The notes beneath the pieces were generated by a model. The model did no database searches, was not told where the DNA came from, and saw only the letters and a program-made list of their open reading frames with translations. Shown here piece by piece: positions 35,218 through 45,725 of a stretch of DNA of 49,490 nucleotides. The DNA comes from Leptolyngbyaceae cyanobacterium. Lineage in GTDB: Bacteria; Cyanobacteriota; Cyanobacteriia; Phormidesmidales; Phormidesmidaceae. The translations under genes were made by a program, and so were the position numbers. The stretch spans positions 1-49,490 of the forward strand of contig CBDHHL010000037.1 of NCBI GenBank assembly GCA_965263355.1, in the 5' to 3' direction. Position 1 is the stretch's first letter; the number at the start of each line of letters is the position of its first letter.

Positions 35218-38200
35218 TTATGCCCTAACTCCAACAACCCAATTAACCTTAGCGGATTCCGTACCGTCCCAAGTTGCATTATTAGGAGTCTCAGAAGTTC
35301 CGGTAGCTTCATAGGAAGATATAGCTATAGCTAGGGGTGAGAAAATAGTATCGTTCAATGATATCGTGTATGTAGAATGTGAAATCAGCTCGTCCTTAGA
35401 CTGCTGAACATTCATATTAATGATTCTATCATTAACTTGAGTACCAGTAAGTGTAGGGAATGCTTGACTAGAAGCAGTGCTGTAAGTAGGTGTAGCCGTC
35501 ACATTAATGTCTGAGGCTAAGCCATCTAAGCCTATAGCAAAGAAAGTATGTATATCTGCTGTGTCACTCCAGCCAGCAGTATAAGTCTCTTTACCGTTTT
35601 CAGTTAAAGACCAAGCTCTAATTCTTGGTACGAATAAGTCACCAGCGAAATCAAATATTTGAACAGCATCGGCATCTGGTACAGTATAAGAACCGGACGC
35701 ACTTTCACTAGGTCCAGGAGCTATACAACCGAATATAATAGTACCACCGGTATCCTTAATAGGATTATTCAGAACTATTAATCCACCTCGTCTAGAACCA
35801 GAGGTACCAGCAGATATTTCTAGACTTGTGCTGGGTCGGGTTGGCGGCTTAACCCATATTATGTACTCAGTATTACGTGGACCATCTAGAATATGTCCAG
35901 CGTCGTATTCAATAAGACTTTCATTAGGTACTAAAGCTGGATAGTAATCATACGGTACTGTGAATATACTTCCTGTATTTGAATCTGTAGCAGTAGCTCC
36001 ATTTTTCTTAGTGTTATTTAATTCGACGTTTACAGAGCTAGTTTCACTTGGCTCTGGTCCAGCGAACTCAGTTTGAACAGTGGTCACCGTGGCCCCACTG
36101 GCACCCACAATGTCATTGAGGCTACGTGCTGTGGCTACACAGCGCTCTATGAGCATCGCTCCATCGCCTCTAGTCTGAGCTGCGCCACCACCGCCCGAAT
36201 CATTGCCATAACGAATATATGCCGAATTGAATTCGTGATAATTACAGTTATCAACCTTCGGAGCGTTATCAGTTATATCAAAGTAGAAGTTGTTGTGACC
36301 AGTAACATAGTAATAGCCACCTTCATTAGCACCTTGATTATCAACTAACATGACGTTAGCTAAAGTGCTATAGAAGTTGTACGCATGAGTCACATAGATA
36401 TAATTAGTGTAACTGTCCTCTAGCCTTACAGCATAAGCAGTTAGTGGCCCTATGAATGAGTTGCCTATAAGCTGTAATGTTAAGTCTTTAAATTCAGACA
36501 AACCAGACTTACTAGTAAACGTAATACCAGACGTACCGGAGAATTGGCAATCTTGTATTCGTATATTAGTACAGTTGGCAAAGTCCAATCGACCTGCATT
36601 TATATTAATTCTACCACGTAGGTTAACTGTTATATTATCTAGAGTGTCTACTTGTATATCATTGTCTAAAGTAAGAGTACCTGATAAGGATGGGTCGGCT
36701 ACAATATTCCTGTTGCCCGCTGACAACGCATCTCTTAAACTACCACTGCCAGAATTATTTAGATTAGTTACTATGTATTCTGTTTGACCTTCCCCACCTG
36801 TTACAGAAGATCCATAGCCATATATGACTCGCCTGTTAGCTCGTTCTAATACATCTAAAGTAACTACGTTGTCTTGATTTTCTGCTAGAGTAGTACGCTT
36901 CTTCCCTACTATAAATAGATCATCAATCTTTCTAACTTGATCATCTATAACAGTACGGAAAGCTTGACCAGGTAATATTTGATTATGGAATGGCTCTAGC
37001 TCTCTATCTAGTGTTAACTTTAATCTTCTAGAAGTTAACCTAGCACCATCTCTTAAAATTTGCTGAGCATAACTAGTTAGTATGTCTGTATCATCTTGAT
37101 CAGAGTAACTAACCTTTTCCTCCCACAGGGGAGTAGAGCCATTAGTAGCTTGTAAATAAACAGACCTTTGGCTAGCACCTTCACCAGAACCAATAACAGA
37201 GATGCCAGTAACAGGGCGCTCTACCCCATTATCATCGTAATCTAGAATATTAGATCGTTTAGCAGTAGGTATCTTAGACTCTTTAGTATAAGAGGTATGG
37301 TTTTGTATAGCAGCATTACCAGTTAATGTGAATGTGTTACCATGAGGATCTTCATAAGTAGTATCTCCAGGTTCTAACAACCTAGCATCGAATCGAGCTA
37401 CTGGAGAACCAAATCCCTCATTGACCACAGCGAAGAGAACTTCACCTGTTAAGTAATTACCGCCACCATTTCGAGAACCTATCTCTAGCGAAGAAGTTCC
37501 ATTGAATATAGAGGTTGCTGCTGCTGTACTGCTAGTGGATAAAACAGTCCATGTAGGACTAGCCATATCTTCATTAACATAGAATGTTGCTTGTCTAATA
37601 GAAGCATCAAAGCTAACACCTACACCATGATAACCATCTGTAAAGCTAACAGCAGCAGAGACAATAGCTGTCTCAAATGAGACACCATCTTCGGACCATT
37701 CAAATACTAATGAGCCGCTACTATTAAGGTAGAACCACCAACCTCTTTGGTTACCTACAGCTAAAGTATCAGCGACAATTGCAGCAGCTACACCAGGAGT
37801 CCAATCTGTTAAATCTAAGCCAGCGAAAACTTCCATATCGCCAGTAATACTAAGTACATTGCCAGCGTTAGCTCTAGTGTTAGCAGATCCATCTAGATTC
37901 ATGGATCGTATAGCATTAATAGTTTCAGTTACAGTACGCTCTGGTTGGTATAACAGAACCTCTGAACTAACATTATTTTCTGCTGGATACTCTAGCTTAA
38001 TGTTACAAGTTGGATTACCATTACCATCAAAGCTATAAACTTGATAGAAGGTAAATCCTAAAACTCTGTTAGCCAATTCCCTGAATGCAGTAGCTATACG
38101 CTTTCGGCTAACAGTGCTATACTTCATAGATATAAGAATACCAGATAGGTTATCCCATTCTAAATCAATACCTATATCGCCATCATCAAATGAGTGTGCA

Positions 38201-38616
38201 TGAGCAAAGAAATCGTTAGCTATCTCGAACATATCAACTTGATTCCAAGTTATGTCCGTATTGTTCTCTATGGTAGCATTACTCATACCAGCAAACCCTT
38301 GTAGGGTTCTACTTTCATAGTAATCTAAGAAACCATGAACAGGTATGTTTAAGACCCTAGTTCCGCCACGAATCTGAGTCTTACCTATTATTCCACCGAA
38401 CTGTATTGTACCATTTTTAATAGCCCATAAAGCATGATGCCAATCTTTGAAAGTCTCAAGATCAGTACTTCTAACATCTAACCTAGCCGTAGCTAACCCT
38501 GATCCAGGAGCATTCTTAATTTCGTCCCAATAGAACGAACTAAGCTCTACTGTATCAATTACGTTACCAGTTAAAAGACTAGTGACTACAAAGTTATATT
38601 GGCCAATATCTGTCAT
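35218..38616 (-). CDS. Minor tail protein: ReqiPepy6 Gp37-like hub + LamG-like insert + pectate-lyase-like beta-helix + C-terminal domain
   Basis: N-terminal pattern and GSGEG motif; LEIGSRNGG LamG-like segment; GYGSSVTGG...VTNLNNSGSGSLRDAL. Confidence 0.8.
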   Translation of the reverse strand: MTDIGQYNFVVTSLLTGNVIDTVELSSFYWDEIKNAPGSGLATARLDVRSTDLETFKDWHHALWAIKNGTIQFGGIIGKTQIRGGTRVLNIPVHGFLDYYESRTLQGFAGMSNATIENNTDITWNQVDMFEIANDFFAHAHSFDDGDIGIDLEWDNLSGILISMKYSTVSRKRIATAFRELANRVLGFTFYQVYSFDGNGNPTCNIKLEYPAENNVSSEVLLYQPERTVTETINAIRSMNLDGSANTRANAGNVLSITGDMEVFAGLDLTDWTPGVAAAIVADTLAVGNQRGWWFYLNSSGSLVFEWSEDGVSFETAIVSAAVSFTDGYHGVGVSFDASIRQATFYVNEDMASPTWTVLSTSSTAAATSIFNGTSSLEIGSRNGGGNYLTGEVLFAVVNEGFGSPVARFDARLLEPGDTTYEDPHGNTFTLTGNAAIQNHTSYTKESKIPTAKRSNILDYDDNGVERPVTGISVIGSGEGASQRSVYLQATNGSTPLWEEKVSYSDQDDTDILTSYAQQILRDGARLTSRRLKLTLDRELEPFHNQILPGQAFRTVIDDQVRKIDDLFIVGKKRTTLAENQDNVVTLDVLERANRRVIYGYGSSVTGGEGQTEYIVTNLNNSGSGSLRDALSAGNRNIVADPSLSGTLTLDNDIQVDTLDNITVNLRGRININAGRLDFANCTNIRIQDCQFSGTSGITFTSKSGLSEFKDLTLQLIGNSFIGPLTAYAVRLEDSYTNYIYVTHAYNFYSTLANVMLVDNQGANEGGYYYVTGHNNFYFDITDNAPKVDNCNYHEFNSAYIRYGNDSGGGGAAQTRGDGAMLIERCVATARSLNDIVGASGATVTTVQTEFAGPEPSETSSVNVELNNTKKNGATATDSNTGSIFTVPYDYYPALVPNESLIEYDAGHILDGPRNTEYIIWVKPPTRPSTSLEISAGTSGSRRGGLIVLNNPIKDTGGTIIFGCIAPGPSESASGSYTVPDADAVQIFDFAGDLFVPRIRAWSLTENGKETYTAGWSDTADIHTFFAIGLDGLASDINVTATPTYSTASSQAFPTLTGTQVNDRIINMNVQQSKDELISHSTYTISLNDTIFSPLAIAISSYEATGTSETPNNATWDGTESAKVNWVVGVRA

Positions 38617-39314
38617 GCTGGGATACCTGTTGAGGTCGCATCCACCATTCTAGATGGAGTTTCAAAATAAGCAGCATCGGGAGCAAATACAAGTAAGTTA
38701 CCTGATCCAGATACTCGCCTAGCTTCTACTCTTAAATCTACCTCACTATTGAAATTCATTATAGAACTTATGTCCCATTTGAATTCATAAGAAGCAGAAG
38801 AGTTTTCAGGGATGCTTATAGCATCAGTAAAGTTAGTACCTAACTCTAACCTTATCTCTCCTGTGGTCCCAGAAGGGCAATTCACAATTAACTTAACATA
38901 TACTATTTTAGAAGTAATAGCTACGAATGCCTTATATACATTAGTGAAGGATGAACTAGTAACAATCACAAATGTATCTTCAATAAATTGAACAATTTGC
39001 TTAGGACGTATAATACCCTCGACAGTATCGACAAGCATTAAGAATCTATTATCAACAGAATCTTCGGAGACTGCAAACACTGGACGTTCTATAACTCCAG
39101 AATTAGATACTCTAGTACCTAAACCTAAACGTCCGACTTGTCTATTATTATCGTTGAATACAGCTATAGCGCCACCAGAAAGCGATGAGTTTCTAAGAGG
39201 TTCGCCAGTCTCTAAATCCTCTATCCTACGCTCTAGCCTCTTTATATAAGCTAGAAGCTGAGATGCTTCATCTGGAGGTATATAACCTTCTGGCTCTGGA
39301 TTATTCAGAGGCAA
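38613..39314 (-). CDS. Minor tail protein
   Basis: IKRLERRIEDLE coiled coil then a beta-rich region. Confidence 0.7.
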   Translation of the reverse strand: MPLNNPEPEGYIPPDEASQLLAYIKRLERRIEDLETGEPLRNSSLSGGAIAVFNDNNRQVGRLGLGTRVSNSGVIERPVFAVSEDSVDNRFLMLVDTVEGIIRPKQIVQFIEDTFVIVTSSSFTNVYKAFVAITSKIVYVKLIVNCPSGTTGEIRLELGTNFTDAISIPENSSASYEFKWDISSIMNFNSEVDLRVEARRVSGSGNLLVFAPDAAYFETPSRMVDATSTGIPA

Positions 39315-40065
39315 TTTCCCACCTCACCGCTGAAAGACCAACTTCCTTAGCCCTATCTAGATAGTAAGATATTACTTCCCTATCTGGAGTAACATCTAAA
39401 TGAAATTGGTGAGCCCATGTTATAAATGCTATGGCTTCTAGATTCCATAGCCTATCAGCAATTCGATCAACTTTACTAGGTAAAGTATCACTAGCTGGAC
39501 TCACATAATGCTTGTCTTGTAGCAAAGAAAATAAGTAGGCCCAAGGGAAATCTTCCCCAGGGTCAGAGCGTCGACCAGGGTCTAATTCAGCATGAGATAT
39601 GAATCCAGGTTTACGATCAAAATACTCATTGCGAGTAATTCGTTTAAGAGGTACAATAATTCCTCTTGTCTCTTTAACCCATTCAATACCTTTAGCTATC
39701 CTAGATGCAGCTATAAACATAGCTCCATCTACCCACCAATCAGGTAATTCTTTCCATTGCTCAGCCCTACAAGCGAAAGAATAACCTAAAGAGAATCTAT
39801 TACCACCTGTACCCTCGTGGTACATTTGCCATTCATACTTACCTAATTGCAAATATGAATCAGAGTCGAAAACTTCTAGATACGATCCAGCGTCACTACG
39901 ATTACGTATGAAGTTAGCAACACCCTCAGCGCCAGTATCAGGTAAAACTAAGTCAGTCATATTCTGCGCTGTATGTATGACTATAGCACCTGATACTTCT
40001 TCTTTACGTGGATAAGACCACTGTTTCCTAACTGGTGGATTATCTTCTAAATATATGTTGGGCAT
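39301..40065 (-). CDS. Endolysin, N-acetylmuramoyl-L-alanine amidase (Amidase_2)
   Basis: IVIHT and HAELDPGRRSDPG zinc-amidase motifs; TAATG coupling at 40065. Confidence 0.85.
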   Translation of the reverse strand: MPNIYLEDNPPVRKQWSYPRKEEVSGAIVIHTAQNMTDLVLPDTGAEGVANFIRNRSDAGSYLEVFDSDSYLQLGKYEWQMYHEGTGGNRFSLGYSFACRAEQWKELPDWWVDGAMFIAASRIAKGIEWVKETRGIIVPLKRITRNEYFDRKPGFISHAELDPGRRSDPGEDFPWAYLFSLLQDKHYVSPASDTLPSKVDRIADRLWNLEAIAFITWAHQFHLDVTPDREVISYYLDRAKEVGLSAVRWEIASE

Positions 40066-40883
40066 TATGGTATCCAATACGAGTCTCGCCAAGTGAGAGT
40101 AAATGTAGCACTACCCGCACTTGTGGCCGATATACTAATTGAATTATTACCAGGAGATAACTCAAACCAAGAGAATCCACTAGCTAGAGTCAACGCATTA
40201 GAAGATCCATTTAACTCAACTCTTGAATCTATTGACTCATAAACTAATGTGTCAGATCCACTTAGTGTCAAACTACTAAATGAGACAACTTGACTAGTTC
40301 CAACATGAGTCAATATAGGATTAACTGCTGGACCTACTAAAGTACCAGTCCAATAAGCTGGAGCATTGCCATCATTAGCTATAGTTTCAGTATCACTAGC
40401 TACAGTGAATACTTGAGACTTTAAAGTCAAAGCCTCTATTATAGGATTTACAACTTCAAGCCTAACTGTGAATTCTGGATTTAATCTTGCGTACTGTGGA
40501 GTAAGAGGAAAATCAACCTCTATGGGCCGACACCTGACTCTTAAATCCCTACCAGAACTACCGTCCGGCAAACGAATAGCCAAATACGGCGCATTAGTAG
40601 ACTCGACCACAGGGGCAAAGGCAGCACCGAAATTCCTTCTTAAAGTATCAAAAGAAGATTCAGAGTTAGTAGCTATCTCACCTTTTATAGTGATTACCTT
40701 GTTCATAGCATAATGTCGACCAGGGACACCGCCATGCCTACCGAACCTAGAAGTAGTACCAGACCTAGCATTAAACCCAAGTAACTTGTCTATGTCCGTC
40801 AAGTAATAGCTAGTATTGGGACCTAGTAACAAATCATTGAATTCTACCTGATAGTCGGCAGCAAGTAAATCACCTAAAGCCAT
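40065..40883 (-). CDS. Distal tail protein (Dit)
   Basis: Follows the tape measure gene; NDGNAPA..GP..NP and WFELSPGNN motifs. Confidence 0.85.
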   Translation of the reverse strand: MALGDLLAADYQVEFNDLLLGPNTSYYLTDIDKLLGFNARSGTTSRFGRHGGVPGRHYAMNKVITIKGEIATNSESSFDTLRRNFGAAFAPVVESTNAPYLAIRLPDGSSGRDLRVRCRPIEVDFPLTPQYARLNPEFTVRLEVVNPIIEALTLKSQVFTVASDTETIANDGNAPAYWTGTLVGPAVNPILTHVGTSQVVSFSSLTLSGSDTLVYESIDSRVELNGSSNALTLASGFSWFELSPGNNSISISATSAGSATFTLTWRDSYWIP

Positions 40884-43838
40884 TTAAACACCAGCTAAGT
40901 TGAGTCGATCCAATAGACTATCTTCACCCTCAGAGGTCATAATGTTAATGTCGCCACCAACACTAAGAACCTCACCAACTCCACCTAAGCCCTGAGCCTC
41001 AAGTATTCTTAGTATTCTGAGTAAGATAGAATCTGTTCTGTTAGTTCCATTAACAGTGAATGAAGGATTAGTTGTAGCTACTAACTCTCTATTGACAGCG
41101 TCAACAGCCTTCTTAACATTACCCTTCTGACCTAAGATACCTAGCCTCATACCTTCCATGGTATTCATACCTACTTCCTCGAATACCTTAGAAGGCGAGC
41201 CGATTCTTAAGAAGCTCTTAGCTCCATCAAGCGCACCCTTAACAGCTCCGATAGCTGCATCCTTAGCGGCGCCTGCCATATTCTTAATACCGTTTATAAG
41301 ACCTCTAATAATATCCTCACCAGTATTTTTAAGAACTGTTTTGGCATTACCAAACCAACCCTTAATCTTACCTGGTAATTCCATAAACCATTCTTTAACC
41401 TTATTCAAAGCATTACGAATACTTTGAAGGAAACCTAGCATCATCTCTGCCGCTTTGACTATGACAGTAGTTGCTAGAAGTTTGACAGTGTTAATTAAGA
41501 CATCTTTACCAGTCTTGAAGACCGTCTTGATGATATCCCAACCAGTACTAACAAGCGACTTTATTATCTCCCATATAGAACTAAATATAGCTTTAATGTT
41601 TTCCCACGCGCCAGACCAATCACCTTGGATAATATTCAAACCAAGTTGGATGACATTGGAAATAATGTTCATTACGTTAGTTACTATATCGGCAATCAGG
41701 TTAAAGATTGTCTTAAATAGCTCGCCTATACCCATTAATATAGGCTTTATAATTGGCATTAAGAACTTAATCACAGCTATAACAGTCTTGACTAAGAACG
41801 TGAATATATCAATTATTGCATGTATAGTAGGTAGTATCTCACTAGCTATACCTGCAACACCCTGTATAAATGCTCCAAATACCTTCTTGATTCCTGGCCA
41901 CATAGTACTAGCCAGCCAAGCGACTAATGTAGCAAACACAGAAACTACAATTGGTACAACTGTTCTAACTACTAAAGCGATGCGCTCCATTAAAGCTACG
42001 AAGCCAGTATCACTTTGTCCAAATGGTCCGCCTGCTATAGCATCCTTTAAGGAACCACCGGCTAAGACATTAAGGAATGAAGTTATACCTTCTACAACTA
42101 CTCCAACTGTACCAATTATATAGTCAAAAGTAGAACGTAAGGCTACGCCGACCACTTCCATAAAGCCGACGAAACCATCAGATGTTAATCCACCACCACT
42201 AAAGGCCGCCCATAAAGCATTAATACCTAACTGGAATTGCTCCAATATAGGTCCTATAGTGTCCCAAGTTGTACGTAAAGCGACAGCTAATCTCTCTATA
42301 GTAGAGATAATACCATCTGGGCCGCCACCACCTGCACTACCAAACTTAGGATCTGCACCCTTAAATACTTCTACAAACCTATTCCAACCATCCACTAATG
42401 CATCAAAGATAGGCATTAGCTTAGACTTAACAGTATCCCAATTCCTAATTATCAATATCGCTATTGCAGCAACTCCACCCATTGCAGCAACAAAACCAAG
42501 ACTTGCAGCAACTACAGCGGTTAGAGATGTACCTAGGAATCCAAATACAGCGGATGCCGTTAATATAGCTCCAGCTATACTAGCTAATGTACCAACTACA
42601 ACTGCTATAGCAGCGCCTATTGCAGTAAACTTAACTATATTCTCTTGTGTGGCAGGACTTAAGCCGTGCCAAAATTCTATTAACTCGCCGGCTGTTTCAA
42701 CTAACTCAATAAAAGCAGGAGCTAAAATAGATCCTATGCTCTGCTTAAAGATCTGAAATTGGTTATTTAATAGCTGAGTTTGTGTATGTAACTCTTCACT
42801 CTGTAAACCGAATGCGCCCCAAATACCACCAGCATCCGAAACACCTTGATTAACTTCACCTAATACAGCTTCAAAAGCATCTAAATCTTCTAAAGCAGGA
42901 CCTAAAAATCGGAATGCACGAACATTAGGACCGAATATTTCCTGTAACTTAACACTTTTTTCGTTAGCTGTTAAATCTGATAAAGCAGCATCTAAGTCTC
43001 TCATTATTGGGAGAATAGGTCTGAAGTTACCTTCAACGTCCCTAACTGCTACACCAATAGCTTCAAGATTAGCTACTACATTTATCTCCCCACTTGACTT
43101 TCTCATTAAGTCAAAAGCACGAGCAACAGCAGTACCAGCTTCGGCAGCAGATAAACCAGTTTGCTTAGTTACGAATGCTACAGAACCGAAGGTATCTTGG
43201 AATGTTTGATCAAACTGCTGAGCTGCTGGAATAGCAGTAGCAAAACCAGAAGAGAAACCCTCAAACGTACCTTGACCCTGCTCTACAGCCCTAAAGAAAG
43301 CGTCAATAACAGGTAAAGCATCTGCTGTTTCTAACTTGAAAGCGTTAATAGATGCAGTAACAACTCCAGCAAAATCAGCGCTAGTGCCGGCTCTAGCAAC
43401 TCCAGCAATAGCTAAAGCCTCTAATACTTCTACTGCACCAGGAACATCAGTTTCAATTGTAGATAAAATCTCAAACAGAGATTCGTGTAGCCCATCTAAT
43501 GATGTACCATAATTAGAGCCAGTATTATTAACAATCTCTAAAACCTCGGCAACACTTAGACCCAAATTCTGAGCCTGAGTAGCAGTAATCGCAGCTACCT
43601 TATTAGCCTCTTCAAAAGCTGATACCGCATCCTGACCAAAACCAATAACATCTAATCCAGCCTCCCTTAAACTAGATCCGACAGTGCTAGCTGCAATACC
43701 TAAACCTAAAAGTTTAGCATTGGCGCCGACAGCAGCATTACCTACACCATTAATAGCAGTACCACTACGAGCAAGAACGCCAGATAAATTGTCCCTAGCT
43801 TGTAGGATAAGTACTAATTCTCTTGTAGATAATGCCAC
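40884..43838 (-). CDS. Tape measure protein
   Basis: 984 aa, helical and Ala-rich; GDWSGAWE and IGSPSKVF motifs. Confidence 0.93.
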   Translation of the reverse strand: MALSTRELVLILQARDNLSGVLARSGTAINGVGNAAVGANAKLLGLGIAASTVGSSLREAGLDVIGFGQDAVSAFEEANKVAAITATQAQNLGLSVAEVLEIVNNTGSNYGTSLDGLHESLFEILSTIETDVPGAVEVLEALAIAGVARAGTSADFAGVVTASINAFKLETADALPVIDAFFRAVEQGQGTFEGFSSGFATAIPAAQQFDQTFQDTFGSVAFVTKQTGLSAAEAGTAVARAFDLMRKSSGEINVVANLEAIGVAVRDVEGNFRPILPIMRDLDAALSDLTANEKSVKLQEIFGPNVRAFRFLGPALEDLDAFEAVLGEVNQGVSDAGGIWGAFGLQSEELHTQTQLLNNQFQIFKQSIGSILAPAFIELVETAGELIEFWHGLSPATQENIVKFTAIGAAIAVVVGTLASIAGAILTASAVFGFLGTSLTAVVAASLGFVAAMGGVAAIAILIIRNWDTVKSKLMPIFDALVDGWNRFVEVFKGADPKFGSAGGGGPDGIISTIERLAVALRTTWDTIGPILEQFQLGINALWAAFSGGGLTSDGFVGFMEVVGVALRSTFDYIIGTVGVVVEGITSFLNVLAGGSLKDAIAGGPFGQSDTGFVALMERIALVVRTVVPIVVSVFATLVAWLASTMWPGIKKVFGAFIQGVAGIASEILPTIHAIIDIFTFLVKTVIAVIKFLMPIIKPILMGIGELFKTIFNLIADIVTNVMNIISNVIQLGLNIIQGDWSGAWENIKAIFSSIWEIIKSLVSTGWDIIKTVFKTGKDVLINTVKLLATTVIVKAAEMMLGFLQSIRNALNKVKEWFMELPGKIKGWFGNAKTVLKNTGEDIIRGLINGIKNMAGAAKDAAIGAVKGALDGAKSFLRIGSPSKVFEEVGMNTMEGMRLGILGQKGNVKKAVDAVNRELVATTNPSFTVNGTNRTDSILLRILRILEAQGLGGVGEVLSVGGDINIMTSEGEDSLLDRLNLAGV

Positions 43839-43849
43839 TGTCGACCAAT

Positions 43850-44098
43850 CTATTGAGGCTTATTTCTATTTCTAACTTCTTGACGCTTAGCTAACTTCTT
43901 CTCTAAGTCAGCTAAGGCACCATTTATAATTCCAAAGTAATGAATTACTCTAGGATGTTGGTCTAACAAACCACCAGATTCAGGCAATACTCCGAACTTA
44001 CTAGCCATAGTATGTAAGTTTATATAAAACGCTACATCTTGATGGACCTTTTTACGTTCAAAGAATATAGCTGCATGAATCCTGTCAGCTAGTTTCCC
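43850..44098 (-). CDS. Tail assembly chaperone, -1 frameshift extension (gpGT-like)
   Basis: Slippery G GGA AAC at 44098-44092; the -1 frame is open to 43850 and contains LPESGGLLDQ. Confidence 0.85.
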   Translation of the reverse strand, partial: GKLADRIHAAIFFERKKVHQDVAFYINLHTMASKFGVLPESGGLLDQHPRVIHYFGIINGALADLEKKLAKRQEVRNRNKPQ

Positions 44099-44487
44099 GA
44101 ACCATCCACCTTATCAGGTTCAAAGTTATTCATATTATCAATAAGGGTAGCTATCTCTTCACCAACAATAGGATCCAAGACATACAAGTCATCCGGGTCA
44201 CTAAAGTTAATAGGAACTAATGACTTCTCACCCTTATTATTTTCAATCTCTTTTTCTAGATTATGATCAACAATACACATTTCAAACTCAAATTGCTGAG
44301 ATGCCCGCTGAGCAATCTGAATAGCCATCTGCATATCACCGTCACCTATATTTGCAGATTGCTGAGTAGCAATTTCAGTTTTGTGTAACTTGTCGCCATA
44401 AGACATTGGTCGTAAAGAGACCCATAATTCTGGATTACTCTTTAAATTACACTTTATAGCCTTACGTGAAACAGTTGCTAATGGCAT
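44089..44487 (-). CDS. Tail assembly chaperone (gpG-like)
   Basis: Between tail tube and tape measure; ends at the slippery site. Confidence 0.85.
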   Translation of the reverse strand: MPLATVSRKAIKCNLKSNPELWVSLRPMSYGDKLHKTEIATQQSANIGDGDMQMAIQIAQRASQQFEFEMCIVDHNLEKEIENNKGEKSLVPINFSDPDDLYVLDPIVGEEIATLIDNMNNFEPDKVDGSGN

Positions 44488-44520
44488 TTAATTACCTTTC
44501 TAGTTGGGACTTTTTACTTC

Positions 44521-45462
44521 TTAGGTCGGAACAGTAATATTCTCGTCAGTAGTAATTACAACTTCATATGACGATCCTAAAGTCGTGTCATAATCAGCAG
44601 TATACTCAACTGAGCCTCTAACTAATTCGCCCTGACCCTCAAGAGGAATAGCGTAAGAATCAGCGACTAACTGTGGCATTTCCCATTCAATTGAATGAGT
44701 GCCATTACTAATATCAAACTCGAATTTCTGAGATGTAGCAGCTCGGAACAAATCGTATTCAGCTCGACTTTCAAAGTCACGAGCCATAGAAACGTTCACA
44801 GTACGCTCACCAAATCGAATTAAGTCAGCACCAGAGGTACCACTTAAACGATCCTCAGCAGAACCAGAGTCATCAATATCAATTGTTACCTCTGTAGCAT
44901 TAGAAGTAGCAGAATCATCGAACTCTAAAGTGTGCTGACCAGACTGGAATTCTTTCCCTGTGGACGTATAAGAAGCAGCGGTATCCGCTTGGGTAGCCTC
45001 ATCCTGGCCAAGAATTGACCATTCAACCATCAAAATACCATCTTCGACGGTCCATGACTGAGAAACAACAGTACAACCGACATAACCAAATCGGACGCCA
45101 TTACGCTCGACTAAGAAAGAAAGAGTGTAATTAGCCTGACCAATATGGGAACCTTCACAAGTATATGTGTAAGGTCCAGAGCCAGCCTTAACTACAGTAG
45201 TTCTAGCAGCATATAAGAAGTAAGGAACGATATCGTGATAGGCCGCCATCTTAATTGAGCCTTCAACGAATCCAGGACCAAGCTTAGAATCTACAGGATC
45301 GACAACGCCCTGAATTGGCCTACGCTTAGTAATAGGCTGATTGAAATTAAGATCCTCAGACTCAATAGGAACCCACTTAGTAGGCGCAACATATGTACCT
45401 ACAGCACCTAAAGCCTCAAATCCTAATCCAAGCTTACCAGCAGCACCTAAACCAACAGCCAT
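44521..45462 (-). CDS. Major tail tube protein
   Basis: 313 aa; GTYVAPT..., VEGSI and YVGCTV pattern; GGAGG SD. Confidence 0.88.
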   Translation of the reverse strand: MAVGLGAAGKLGLGFEALGAVGTYVAPTKWVPIESEDLNFNQPITKRRPIQGVVDPVDSKLGPGFVEGSIKMAAYHDIVPYFLYAARTTVVKAGSGPYTYTCEGSHIGQANYTLSFLVERNGVRFGYVGCTVVSQSWTVEDGILMVEWSILGQDEATQADTAASYTSTGKEFQSGQHTLEFDDSATSNATEVTIDIDDSGSAEDRLSGTSGADLIRFGERTVNVSMARDFESRAEYDLFRAATSQKFEFDISNGTHSIEWEMPQLVADSYAIPLEGQGELVRGSVEYTADYDTTLGSSYEVVITTDENITVPT

Positions 45463-45725
45463 TAATCATTACCTCCAGTTTCTAAGTTAGAGTGAAAATG
45501 AGGTCCCGGGACCGGCAATTCCTCCTCTTCCTCAATTTCTAATTGCTCCATAGTTAAATCCCTGACTTTGGTGTTTTCATCTAAATCTTCACCAATAGTC
45601 ATGTCATTTGGTATTTGGTCACCAACATCATAACGGTAACCATTTTCAAAATCTCCCTTGATGCCAGGCACCATGACCTTATTATCTTTAGGCACACTAG
45701 GCAAATTAATCGTAAGAATACTCAT
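45462..45725 (-). CDS. Hypothetical protein in the tail operon
   Basis: TAATG coupling on both sides. Confidence 0.7.
   Translation of the reverse strand: MSILTINLPSVPKDNKVMVPGIKGDFENGYRYDVGDQIPNDMTIGEDLDENTKVRDLTMEQLEIEEEEELPVPGPHFHSNLETGGND

Noticed and set aside
41158..42756. Plus-strand ORFs opposite the tape measure gene (and similar antisense ORFs elsewhere)
   Set aside because: Antisense shadows of long genes, with no promoter or SD support
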